A DNA stretch of 64,000 nucleotides from Sarea resinae (taxonomy: Eukaryota). The stretch covers positions 1 through 64,000 of the forward strand of contig JAPEUD010000056.1 in NCBI GenBank assembly GCA_026026165.1. Reading direction: 5' to 3'. Below the pieces are notes generated by a model. The model worked only from the letters and a program-made list of their open reading frames with translations, ran no database searches and was not told the origin of the DNA. Below, piece after piece: positions 24,594-36,969 of the stretch (position 1 is the stretch's first letter; every line of letters starts with the position of its first letter). The translations under genes and the position numbers were made by a program.

Positions 24594-26120
24594 ATGTCGC
24601 ACGTTTGCAGCATGGCAACTAGTGACGTTTTCCGCGAGCGATTTGAGCATTTGAAGGAAGTGCAAGATACAAAGGATGATCTAATCAAGGTTCGTGTGTG
24701 CCTTGTATTCCATGATGCCGATGCTGACAAACAATCATAGGAACTCATTGCAGAGGTCAAGTCGCTGGGGGACAGTTTGGAAGACGCTCGCTCAGATCTC
24801 GAACGCGAGAAGACTACTGCTCGTGTGTATCAGGGTCGAGAACAGGAAACTAGCAATAAATTGAGGCAGAAGGAACTTGAGATTGTAGGTCCTTTAATCG
24901 TTCAGTCTTCCTAGCGTCGAACCTCCCAATTGACTGAGACAGGGCTGTAATCCCTTTGTGGTCGTCTTGATCGACGGCGATTGCATGAACGTAAGTATCT
25001 CATCTACAATCCAAGTTCCTAGCCTGAGTATTTTTGACTGAAATTGTCACATCAGTTTTTAGATACTTTCGTGAAAAACCTCGAGATAGGGGGCCAAGAG
25101 GCCGTCGGCCGTCTCCGAAGTTCTGTTTTTGCTCACCTTCAAACCAAGGTCCCCTCGATCCGCCGCGATGTTGAAATCGTTGTCCGTGTATACGCCAATA
25201 TCAAGGGCCTATCTAGGACATATCGTGAAGCTAATATTCTTGACCGTCACACGGACTTTGAATCATTTGTACGGGGCTTTAACAAAGGCCATCCACTCTG
25301 CGATTTTATCGACGCCGGCGACGGTAAGGAATGTTCGGATGTGAAGATACGAGGTTGGTCGAGAATCGACAATTTGGGCTTCTCTTGCTCACCGATCTCA
25401 GAGCAGTTAAAGTTGCACGTGAGAAACGTCCACTGTCAGCACATCGTTTTTGGTGCGTCGGCCGACAATGGTTACGCTCGTGAACTGGGACCATACAGCG
25501 GCGATGAGAAAATACGTGACCGCATCTCCTTGCTAGAAGGTCCGCCGTTTGCGAGAGAGCTTCTTGAGCTGGCGCAAAAGTTTGTCACGGCGTCTTGTCC
25601 GACTGTGTTCCGCTCAACGAAGCTTCTAGCCACGAGAGCGCCAATGTCGGTAACGCCTCCAATGTCACCTGGCCCTTCATATGCTTCGACCGTGGCACTT
25701 GTTGCACGGCCTGGTAGTTCCGGCCCAACCCCTGCAGCACCTATCACGCCCCAAGCCAGCAACATTCACAAAGGCGTGGTGGCCCACAACAGCGCCGGCC
25801 AGCGCGTGGACCTCCCTCTGAACTTTTCCAGCAGCCTCGTCGCCCAGCTCAAGACGCGCAAGCTCTGCAACGCTTACCACCTACGAGGCTTCTGTCACTT
25901 TTCATCTTGTACGCATCAACACGGCCCGCAGCTCAACAAGAAGCAGTTGGTGTCGTTGCGCTATATTGCCCGGCTCACGCCCTGTGCCATGGGTCTGGAC
26001 TGCGACGATGAAGACTGCGTCTGTGGCCACAGCTGTCCGCAGCCTCTGTGCCACTACGGGTCCAGCTGCCGGTTCCCGAGGCAGATGCATGGCGTTGATC
26101 GCACGCCCGTAACGTCCTGA
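24594..26120 (+). CDS. Coiled-coil + NYN/PIN-like domain + tandem CCCH zinc-finger protein
   Basis: Spliced model: N-terminal coiled-coil exons, then VVLIDGDCMN|F, FIDAGDGKECSDVKIR and HIVFGASADNGYAREL, then CNAYHLRGFCHFSSCTHQH and further Cys/His clusters. Start is at 24594 or 24612. Confidence 0.8.
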
Positions 26121-26234
26121 TGATGATGATGAGAAGGTGTTTGCTGCTCGGGGAGTGTCCTGAGGATTGTCAAGGTACTTTTCTGTTTGTTTGACTGAGA
26201 CGTTATATATGCGCCGTGGTGAATAGCATGGCAT

Positions 26235-27130
26235 AGCCATTGCCAGACCATAGCCATAGCCATAGCCATAGACTGAGACATGATCCCAGAGAGACATTGC
26301 ACATACGTTCTTTTCGAGATGCGCTTCGTATGCGATTACTTCAGCCCAGCCCAACCTAGCCCAGCCCACACTCGACTGAGTGAGAGAGTGAGAGAGTGAG
26401 AGAGTGAGAGAGTGAGAGAGTGAGAGAGTGAGTGACATCAACAGGAGAACCCTCCACTTTCGCCCGGATCCGCCGTCGAGCTTTCCATTTCTATTACCCA
26501 TTACTCATTTATCACTAGAGAGAAATGGACGCCCGACACCACACCACCAATCTCAGCAATCTTCCCATTTACCAATCTGCCAAAAGCCAATCTGCCGAAA
26601 GCCAAGTCCGGCCAAGTCAGGCTGCGCGACATCTCCAACAACATCTCATCTCATCTCATCTCATGTCAAAGAACATCTCCAATAAGCTCCAACAAGCTCC
26701 AACGACCTCAAACGAACAAATTGCAAACAAACAAACAAACAAACAAACAGAAGGGGAAGAAAGGGATAGATAGACAGATAGACGTAGATGAACTTCCTAG
26801 AGTAGAGCCGAACCCTCCCCGTGGCTTTCAATAAAGAGAAGATAGATTGTTGTTGTTTCTTGTTTTTTGCTTCTTTTTTTCTTACTTGGAGGGAGGAGGA
26901 GAAGGGAGGGAGGGGGGGGGGGGGGGGGGGGGGGGGAAATCTTAGGGGTTGATATATACATATCTATATCTATATATATGCCTTTGTAGCTAAGATAGGG
27001 TGAGGAGGTAGGAGAGGATAGGACAGGTTAGGATAAGATAGGTAGGGTTAGGATAGAATAGGATAGGAGAAGGTAAGGTAGGCAAGGTAAGGTAGGGTAG
27101 GATAGGTGAGTTAAATCGGGTAGGATAGGT
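26235..27130. repeat. Microsatellite / low-complexity cluster
   Basis: (GCCATA)n at ~26235-26270, (GAGAGTGA)n at ~26377-26432, (CAAA)n, poly-G at 26912-26936 and degenerate (GGATA/GGTAA)n at ~27000-27130. Confidence 0.85.
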
Positions 27131-29207
27131 CGGATCCTTGGTCTTAGGAACCCCTCCCCCTATTCAACCCCTATTCACCACACCACACCACACCACACAC
27201 CACCCCTCACACATCCTAACTCACACGTCAAACTTCCCTCTCTCTCCTCCCTCCCGGCCTCACACATCCTACCTCCCCTCCCGTCTCCCCCCCGCCCCCG
27301 GCCGGCCCATCTCTCCCAAACTACGACCAAAACAACGACCAAAACAAACCATCCCATCGCACCATCGCACATCGCACCACCAGCGCCTCGTACCTCCCAC
27401 CCTTACAAAACCACAACCACCACCACCACCACCAAAAGCTGAACCAGAAATCTTAGCACAGCGAATAACAGCGCCCCAACCAGAACCAGCAGATAAACCA
27501 GGACCAGAGCAGCCACCAGAACACAGTAGCCATCAGAACAGAACACACAGGAGCCGAACTACAGACAGAAGCCAAACGCTCCAGACATGCACCTTTTTCA
27601 GAAACGCCCCCGCCATGATAATGACAATGACGACATATTATTAGCAGCAATCGATTTTCGTTCTTTCTTTCTTTCTTTCTTTCACTGGTGACAAGGGATT
27701 GATTAGGCCAGGGGATTAGAAAGTTGGAAAAGCTTGGAAATCTTAGGGAGAGAAGAGAGAGAGAGAGAGGGCTGGGGGGAAGGAGGGGAGGGGAGGGGGG
27801 AGGGGGTGTGTTGAAGATATATCTATCTATCGTTTGTTTGTTTGTTTGCCTCGTGAGGTATGCTATGCTGAGGTATGCTATACTATACTATACCATCCCT
27901 CCCATCCTGGCAGTGCTGCTTGGTGAGAGACTCAAAAAGGAAACTTTGACAAGGATAGTCCAATGAGATCAGCTGAAATCCGTCACTAAAATCTCGATCA
28001 GATCTCTCAGTGGCTCGCTGAATTCGGGGTTACACACAGCAAGCAGCACTCCCGCCAGGATAGGGGATACTATAGTACGCTTCAGACGAAGATAAGAACA
28101 AGGATAAAGATAAGGAAAGAAAGACAGTAGAGCCGAGGAAAAAAAACAGAAAAGCCGCCGACGAAGAATTATTTCTTGGACGCGAGATGCACTTCCAAAT
28201 GCCAAGGTTCCAAGATTTCAAGGTTTTAAGGTTCTTAAAGTATGGCTAACGGGAGCTTTGTTGTGAGTGAGTGTGTGGTAGTGTGGGTATCTTTGGGCAA
28301 TGGAGCGGTTTTTTGCATTCATGTGTTATCTTATCTAGGTTAGTTTTGAATGGTATGGTATGGTATGGTACGGCATATATGGTACGCGGGGTGCTGTAGC
28401 ACGGCCACGTGGAGTCTCTCAATACAGTAATGCTGAAGCGGTACGGCGACTGCGAGTGAAATTATCCGTGTTTGATATTATCATCTCTATTTACGTGTTC
28501 ACTGTCTGAATTTCTTGCTGCCAGGATCGCGGGACGGAAAAGCCAGCTAGACACCAAGGTATGATGACACACGTCAAGGCACTATTGACTCGACTGAGCT
28601 TCGCTTTACTACCTACCTACTAAGGCAAGATAGTCTGGCGATGGTGCCGTCATTCGTCTTCTGCTTCGACGCATTTGGCTAGGTGAAAAGTAGGTAAGAG
28701 AGATAGAGAGGTGGGCCTGAGTATAAAGCGCAAGTGCGGATTCGAATGTTCAGGGGTATCAATCAATCCAACTCCGAGGACGTGAGGTGGCGAAAAGGAA
28801 GAAGTGGAGGTGGGCCAAGCGGCGACCAGGTGTTCCCTAAGATTGAAGAAGAAGAGAACTTGAAATAGGAATACCGCTGCTTCAGGCACTCTGCCGAATC
28901 CGTAAAACGCTCGCTCGCTGACAACGCTCACGATGGCTCCGAAAAAAGAAAATGAAAAATTTAGTAAACCACATATGCCACGCTATGCAATGATTTGATC
29001 TGCTCCGGTTTCCGGCACAATCCCATGCCGATAAAACAATGAGAAGACAAAACACCTCGCACAGCCAAACAAGACAGACGGAAATGATCAATCGAAAGTG
29101 CCCGTGTGCTGAGGCGGTAGAGAAAAGAAAACGAATACATCCGTAGCATCAGTCGTGATCCAGAAGACATGACGCTGGGAGATCTTTGAATCAGATCAGA
29201 CCACCAC

Positions 29208-32200
29208 TCATGCGCTACTCATCGGCTTAAGTAGCTTCTGTCTCACGGCAGCAAAAGCCCTCATCGTATCCCGATGCTTCTCCCAGGAAACGTCCCAATG
29301 CTCACGCACCCTGAAGTCCTGTTCCAACCCTTGCATGTAGGTAGCAAAACCGCCGTGCTCGCCCTCGCCCCAAACACCAAGAAAGTCCTTGACCAAACCG
29401 GTCTCAACCTGGGTCTGCCGGCCGCTAAAGTGCGCGAGCATCTTTCTGTTGAACTTACTCCATTCCGAGAAATATACTCGCATATTAGTCAGATAACGCT
29501 CCCAATTGTCGTTGTTGAGCTTGCTGGGTGGTAGAGGGCCTTTGGGCGGGTTGGGCAATTCTAGAGCGATGGGTTCGGTAGTTCGAAGTGGAGGATGGGC
29601 TGATGGACGAGACTCGAAAGGTAGTGTTGTAGATAGATCTTTAAGATCTTTCAGGCCATGAGCGCCGGGTGCTAGAGGTTCCACATTCTTGAGAGCAGCC
29701 AAGTCAATCTTCGAGGATTCTGCACTTTTGACGGGTGGTGTGGCTGACACTGGCGGTGTAGCTGAGACGGGTGGCGTATGGACATTTCGCGCATTCGCAA
29801 CTGGTTTAGCTGCAAGATTCGCGGGACTCGCTCTCCATTCGGGTCGTGTTGGCTCTTGCGCGACAGGTCTGGGCTCTCGAGGAGGCTCCGAGTCTGTAAC
29901 AACGTTCGGCTCGTCTGTTCTCTGTGGGGTCGAGCTGTCAATATCCATAGCGCTACCATCATCGCTTGTTTTGCTGCTAGAACTCTCGACGGTCTCGTCG
30001 CTCTCCTTGGGACCTGTCGCTTCTTCGGAGTCATCACCAACTTCGCTTGCACTTGCTGGCTTTGGTGCTGTGCCGCGCTTTGCAGAATGCTTCGATTGAG
30101 CTCGAGAGCCCGGACCTGCATACCGTTTCCCCGCTCTGGAGCTGGGACGGACAGGCGAGGTGGAAGAGGATTGTGGAATCGGGATTGCCCATGTCTGCTC
30201 TTTGAAGGTCTTGGCCCATTCCTCGGCCGAGAACTTTGCGTGTCCGGGAGCCGCAGGAGGTACTGGTGGCTCCTTTGGAGGAGGAATTGGTGCCCCATTG
30301 ACAGTCGAGCTTGCACGACCAGGTTCCGGCTGCATAGGCGGACGCGAACTTTTGGCCTCCCGGACAGGGGAGCCTCTGGTGCGCGCTCTGCTCTCTCTTG
30401 GGACACTGTTCGTTACATGGGGTGGAGCTCCAAAGTAGTCAGCCCCGTTCCCCGTAAACTTCCCACTCCACTCCGAAGGAGAGAAATTCGTGTTGATATT
30501 TTCTGTGCTGCTACTCTTAAACGTTGCGGGAGTAGAAGGAGAGGGGTCGAATGTGTCATTATCAATTGGCATCGTGAAGCTATAATTTCCATTACTGTCA
30601 GCTTGTTGGTTCTTGTTGAACGAGTGGCTCTTTGAAATAGACGGATTAAAAGTTCTAAGAGAAGGGTCAAAGCCACGAGGTGGCAAAACAGACGAAGGAA
30701 TGGCCCAATAAGGCGGAGTAGTTAGGGGCCTCTTTCGCTTCTTCTGCATAGAACCAAACGGCCACTGCGTTGACCAGTGCTGGGGCGGATATGAAGAAGA
30801 ATTTGGATTAAAATCGGCATACATTGTCGAGCCATCTTTCTTTTCCCGTGCACCCTCCCATTTGTCACCTTTCGTAACATTATCTTGCCGTCTTCCGGGC
30901 ATCTCGAATGGATCGGTAGGCCCATTTGAGGCTTCTTGGTCCTTGCCGGCACCAACTGCAGCCCCTTGTGGAGTGTCGCCCGGTACTTGCTTGGCCTTTC
31001 GAAACGGATTGGTATTCCAGAGCCTATCCGCGAAAGACTTGGGCTCCTGAGGCGGCAGGGGTATCTCTTCATCACTTTCCTTCTCGACGGACGGCTGGAA
31101 CCGCGGACTGGGACGATTGGCGGCAGGGCCGTCGGTTCTCGGCGGTGGTCTCCTCACATTCGAAGGTCTGCTGGTTTGGCTTCTCGGTATCGTCTCAAAA
31201 TCGTCGTCTGAGGAGGATGCAGAATTTGTTTGCGAACCCGGGCGACGTTGCCTGTACCTAGGGCTCGAACTTCGGTGTCTGTCACTGCTACTAGGAGGCG
31301 CTTCGGCACTGCGGAATTTTCGGTCGGGGTCCGGAGCCCAACTGAAACGCTTCGGTGGCTCGCGTGTGCTTGTCGATCTCCCCAAGCCTGAACTTGAAAA
31401 GTACGTCCTCTCCCCGCCACTCGTAGCGTAAGGAGTACGAAGACGGCTGCCCTCAGAGGCATCATCGTCCAATTCGGTCCGAACCCGATGGACTGGCTCA
31501 GGCTTTAATGATGTTGGTGCTCGGCCTTTGGGTGCAGGTTCAAAAGTAGTACTTGCACGAGCGGCACTGGGTCGATGACCCTGGGACGTGCTGAAATAAG
31601 CCGACGTATCTGATGCCGGGGGTTCATCCGGACCGGGGGTGAGAGGATCAAAACCTGCCCGACGGGGCATTCGGGTGCTTGTGGTTCGCGACACTCCAGG
31701 AGGTGGACCGGTGGGTTTGTCAAATGGAGAAGGTCCAGCGGGCGTTCGAGGTGAATTTGGAATCCCCCCTTCCGACGGGCGAGAATTTCGACTTGAATAT
31801 TCCTTTGCAGGTCTCGACGTCGGTGGTGGCGGGTGAGACTGTTGACTTCGGTCATGTTTCATCCGCTCCCATGCACTAGCCTGCTCATATGCGCGAGCCC
31901 GAGCCTGGGCGCCTTCCGGAGTGTTCGTTGGGGGTACATTCCGGAAGAAATCATATCGCGCCGCTCCGCTCGTTGGACCTGAGCCGGCCGTTGGCCCTGG
32001 GGGGTACTTCGGTTTAGGATTTGCCTGCCCGGACGGTCTCGTCTGTGGGGGAGGGGGCGGGGGACCCCATGGCCCACCCGATCGGTAAGGAGTCGAGGGC
32101 TTTTGTCTTGTCGGCGTAGCTGGAGGGACGTATGAATATCTTTGAGCCAGTCCAAGTTTCCGCCGCTCCAGATCATATTTGATCCGTTGCTCCGGGCTTG

Positions 32201-32465
32201 TGAGCACCTCGTGTGCAGATTGAATGGCCTGAAACTTCGAGTTGTACTCGATTTCTTTACCCGGGTTGCGATCAGGATGATACTTGAGTGCTGTCGAGGA
32301 GTCGACGAGTTAGCTAAGATATATCCGAGTAGCTTGAGACGAGTAAGCCCAGCCTTCGGCAGACCTACCTAGCTTCCTGAATTGCTTTTTGATTTCTTCT
32401 GGAGTCGCATTCGGTGAGACCTCTAGATCGGCATAGTAATCTCTACTGACTTCCGCCTTCACCAT
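29208..32465 (-). CDS. DnaJ (J-domain) protein with a long Pro/Ser-rich disordered region and a conserved helical C-terminus
   Basis: Exon 1 MVKAEVSRDYYADLEVSPNATPEEIKKQFRKL; exon 2 begins ALKYHPDRNPGK...KFQAIQSAHEVLTSPEQRIKYD (HPD motif). C-terminus WERYL...WSKFNRKMLAHF...VREHWDVSWEKH. Confidence 0.9.
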
Positions 32466-35069
32466 TTTATCGGTGGCCAATATTCACTACAGGCCTGGAA
32501 CCTTTTCAATGATCGTCTCACATGAATGGGCCACGCAGCGAAGGACGGAACCTCTTCGACGGTACAAGCCGGCCCGGGTGAACAGCAACAGGATGAACCC
32601 TAATCGAAAGATCTCAAGACGCTTTTCATCATGTGTACACGGGTTGCAATGCCGACAGCAGACGTGATCGTGATGCTGAGTGGTGGCGTTTTCGCTATGA
32701 GTTGTCGTGCAGATAGATGCACTTAAAGAAGCGTCACCACAGATAAGCTGAGTTTGCGACCCACACGAGATGTAAAGGCGGTGAGGTCCCGAGGTGGATT
32801 TGGCTGCTCGATAGAAGATTGAAGCGTGATCTGATCGGGTGTCTGGGAGATGCTCTCAGAAGAGTGATCGATGATGTGTGTTGGTAGCAGTGTTGGTAGT
32901 CGTTGTTGTAGCCTGGACGTCTGCAGAAAACATTGCGGTCAGGCTGCGACGATAAACACTGGAGTGCGTGCTGGACGTGGCGGAGAAGGCAGGCAGGCAG
33001 GCGGGCAGGGTAAGGTAGGGTAGCGGGCAAGACACTAGAGAAGATGGTGGATCGGCGTCAACCTAGGTACCTCTAGTTACGTAGGCGAGCCAAAGCTGAG
33101 GGATCTGGAAAATGCAGAAATGCCTGCCACCGGATCCCCATCCACGTTGTTTGCCTTTTGAGGGGTAGGATGAATTCAGGACGGTGGGGTCAGTATGTGT
33201 GGGTTGAAGTGGAGAACGAGACAGAGAGACAGAGAGAGAGCGCGCGAGAAAGAAAGAGAGGGAGAGAGGGAGAGAGGGAGAGACAGCGTGCAGGTCGAAT
33301 GGAGAGTACCAAGAGAGGGTCATGCGTGGAGGATGGGGATAAATGATCGATGGGGATGATGATGATGACGGATGGACGGACAAGTGAGAGCGAGTGACAT
33401 GGGAATACTCCACTGGCTACCGGAGACACGTACGACGTGGAGTTCTGCCAGGTAGTGAGTGGGTGCCCGTGTGTGTTACGAAATAGAGACAAGAGCACTC
33501 TTTGCCCCCTCTGCAGCGCCGCGGTCAGGTAGACGATGGGAGATGGTAGATGTCCATGAGCATTCACGGGCATTCTACCTCCAGCTGCCTCCCTTACACA
33601 AGGGGCTTCGTAGCTTCGTACTTCGTGCCTGCTGGCCCCCTATGCAATACATCTGCGGCCCTTCCAGTTGCCATCCTCGGAGCTGGAGGAGGTGCGACTG
33701 CGGCGCGTTCTCATGGCGGCCCTGATAACATGACCTGAATGCCTCAGGTAAATCTCAGAAGTAACCCTCATCTCTCCTGGTTCAGTAGTCCCCTCGAGCC
33801 TTCCTGCCGTGACCAGACGGCGGGCGACGGTAGTAGACGTGGGGTGTCGCGACTGCCAGACCGGATGAGCTTGCACTTCCCCGTTGCGTTAGACAAATAC
33901 AATGACAGCACATCCATGGATCTCTGTCTCTCTGTCCGTGTCGGCCTCTGCGCGTAAGGCGGACCCGCGTATCAAGCAAGTCTCCTGCTCTCTCCCGTCA
34001 ACCTCCATCCCACTCGAGTTAGTGCCCGTGCGCCTCTGCGGTAGCCATTGCCTGTTCCAGACATCGTACAGTTGGCACGTCGGCACACTGGCAGAGCATA
34101 ACATATCCATACGGAGCACATCCCACCCATACAGACATGGACACCACCATCTACAAGAGACATCCATGGGATGCTGGTCCGAAGGCAGAGGGCCAGCCGG
34201 GACGGTTCAGCCCGAGATGCCCGCTTGATCCATCAATGAGCGCTCTCGTGGACGGTGGACAACTCTCCATCCTGTTGGCGAACCCTCCTCCACCCCACGA
34301 TCGTGGGCACGGGCCGAAGGAAGAAAGAAATTGGGTGCTTCACGTCGATGCGATTTGCTCGTTGAAGGGCCAATCGCTTGGTGCTGCGCTGGACGGCATG
34401 ACGGGATCACCATCATCGTCGGATTTCGGGGCCGTGGAGGGGCACCGTTGACGAGGGCCACGGCTTGCGGCATGCTCCGCACAGATGGAGGCTGTGAGGC
34501 GCGTCCAACAATGGCGATGCTCTGGCGATGCGGATGGTTCTTTGCCGTCCGTCGCAGCTGGTATACCACCCTCAGACTGACTCTCAGCCTGCCTGCCTAC
34601 TTGCGTCGGCTGCAGGAACCAGACAGACACGCGGACGTCGATGGTCTAATTGTTCCTGAATCCGTCCTTCAACAGAGCATCAGAAGCATGGGAGATTGAG
34701 CCATCTTTGAAAGCTGATCCCGTGTTCAGGGATATTCCCTTCTCCAAGGCTTTGGCAGAGCCCTAGCGTGCACTGCAGTTTGGGTCGGGTACTACCGTCA
34801 CTCGCACGATGACTCGGAAGTCTGATGTCCAATCCACGTATGATGGCACCCTTGCCAAGTCCCAAGGCCCAAGAGCTTCATGCAGCCAGTCAGCCCGTGC
34901 ATGAGCGCAAATGTACGTTATCGTCATTCTCCGCGTCAAGACTCGAACGTACTGGTCAGATCCAAGACGCCATGTAACTTTCGCGCCCATGTCGAATTAC
35001 TTGATGATAAACTCCAGTTACACATTGGTCAATTCCCTGAATAATTTCGATTTATTGACGGCGGGCATC

Positions 35070-36506
35070 TCAAGCAATCACATCATTTGCATCTCTCTCT
35101 CTACCTTCTTCATCTCCTTGTGCACCCTCCAGCTCTCCACCATAGATTTCCCTCAGCACCTCCCTTATCTCCTTCAAGAACCGGTCGACTTCCTCCTTAG
35201 TGCCCACCGTGATCCGCAAGCACCCCTGGCAACCATATTCCTTCCCCCGAAATCGCACAACGACTCCCTTGGTCTCCGCCAAGGCCTCATAGACTGCCAG
35301 AGCCGTCTCATTAGAAGGCTTCCCGTCCTTCTCTCGCGGCTTATCTAGGATCTCAACGAGTAAGAAATTCGAGTCGGTACCACCCAGAAATCTACCGACG
35401 CCAGGGACTCTTGGTAACTCCCGCAGCATCCGCTCGCGCTGCGTTAGGATCTTTGCTTTGCTCTGCTGTGTGATTTTGAGATTGTCAGCCTCGAGCGCGG
35501 CGCAAGCTAGCTGGCTTGTGGGACTCGAGATATTATAAGGTGCTTTGAGACTGTTGAGGAGTCGGGCGATCGGCGGACTCGTGAATGCGGCGCCTAGTCT
35601 GATACCCGCGAGGCCGAAGGCTTTACTGAGCGTCTGCATCACTACCAGATTTGGCCACTCGTTGACCCAGCCTGCGAGACTGGCATCCTCGGGTGCAAAG
35701 TCTATGTATGCCTCGTCCACCACTACCACGCCGTTCCAGGTGGGGTGCAGTAAGACCTTTTCGATATCGGCCTTTGCGATGAGATTGGCGGTTGGGTTAC
35801 CGGGAGAGCAAATATAGACGAGCTTGATAGACGGATCGGACGAGAGTGCTTCTTCTATAGCTTCTGCGCGTAACGAGAAGTGGTTTGCAGGGTCGAGCGG
35901 AACTTTGACGATCCCGACATCGTTGACCTGTGCGGATACCGAGTACATGCCGTAGGTGGGCGGACAGGTGAGTATTTTGTCCCGCCCTGGGGCACAGAAG
36001 CACCTTAGAAGCGCATCGATTGCCTCGTCGGAGCCAACGCCCACGAAGAGGTTCTCGGGCGTCAATGGCTTGTCTGAATGGTGGCGGGTGTTTCGAAGGT
36101 TGCAAAGTAACTGCTTCAACTCTATCTGGTGTCTGCAAGCGGCTTGTCAGAAAAGGCCAGTGAAACCGCAGGTGCCCTTGGGCGGTCGAGTTTACGTACG
36201 GATCCGGGTATCTGTTGAGACCATGGAGATCAATCTCTAGATTCTTCGCGATCGCGTCTCCCTTGACCGCGCCATTGACCAGGCGCCCGTCCGGCGTGAG
36301 AGCTAGGCCCGGCCCATTGGCATTCTCGTTCGCATCGAGCAGAATGTTCGTGCCGTCATCTTTGTAGTCACTGCCTCATCAGCTGAAGAACATATGCATT
36401 AGCCAATGCGAAGCACTCACTCTCTTGCGCAGCGGTAGGGCTCCAGCGCGAGTATGTTTGGTCGCGCGCAGGTTTCGAGATTGAATGCGGACTTGCGAGA
36501 TACCAT
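35070..36506 (-). CDS. HIS5: Histidinol-phosphate aminotransferase
   Basis: Three exons. LLDANENA, LNRYPDP, GVGSDEAID, CSPGNPT, VVDEAYIDF, PLP-lysine motif TLSKAFGLAGIRLG, LRITVG. Confidence 0.96.
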
Positions 36507-36969
36507 CGTGACAGAGTCCCAGTGATCTCAATGGATTGGTTTGAGATTCTCGTGAAAGATCAATTCGCGCAAGTTGTCGAGGTGGGATGTGCTCGTAGGT
36601 AAATGGTGGGGCACCGCCATAAAAGCTCCGAAGCGATTGAGTCATGGATCGGACCCTTCGATATAAACGGCACTAAACATGTGCAGCAACATATCGTCAC
36701 AGAATGTATCACGGCCAGATTTGGTCTTCTCTGCCATGAAGAAAGAGCATCTATTGGCATTGACATTTATTGCCATGCTTGCTCTTGTGCTTTGTCTGTC
36801 GATTTATTTCCAAAGGCGGAAGCCTCGATACCTCCCAGCAAGCCAGATGACGCTACCGTACCGCGAATGCCATGTCCCAACCATATCCATACATGCCATG
36901 CAATGCTTCCTATGCATGAGGGTTCCCTACCTCCTACCTCTACAGAAACCGCTGACTGAGCTCATGTCT

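Noticed and set aside
25354..25401. In-frame 48-nt intron in the NYN-CCCH gene as a regulated exitron
   Set aside because: Short 3n stop-free introns arise often by chance, and retention would interrupt the conserved domain.
26800..28250. Telomerase RNA, snoRNA cluster, RNase P/MRP or TPP riboswitch
   Set aside because: No 1.5x telomeric template (TAACCCTAA). The P6.1-like GTAGTTCGGCTCC does not form a 4-bp stem. No convincing C/D, P4 or TPP consensus.
32500..35000. Numerous 60-145-aa ORFs between the DnaJ gene and HIS5
   Set aside because: Overlapping, motif-free ORFs on both strands, consistent with promoter/UTR DNA.
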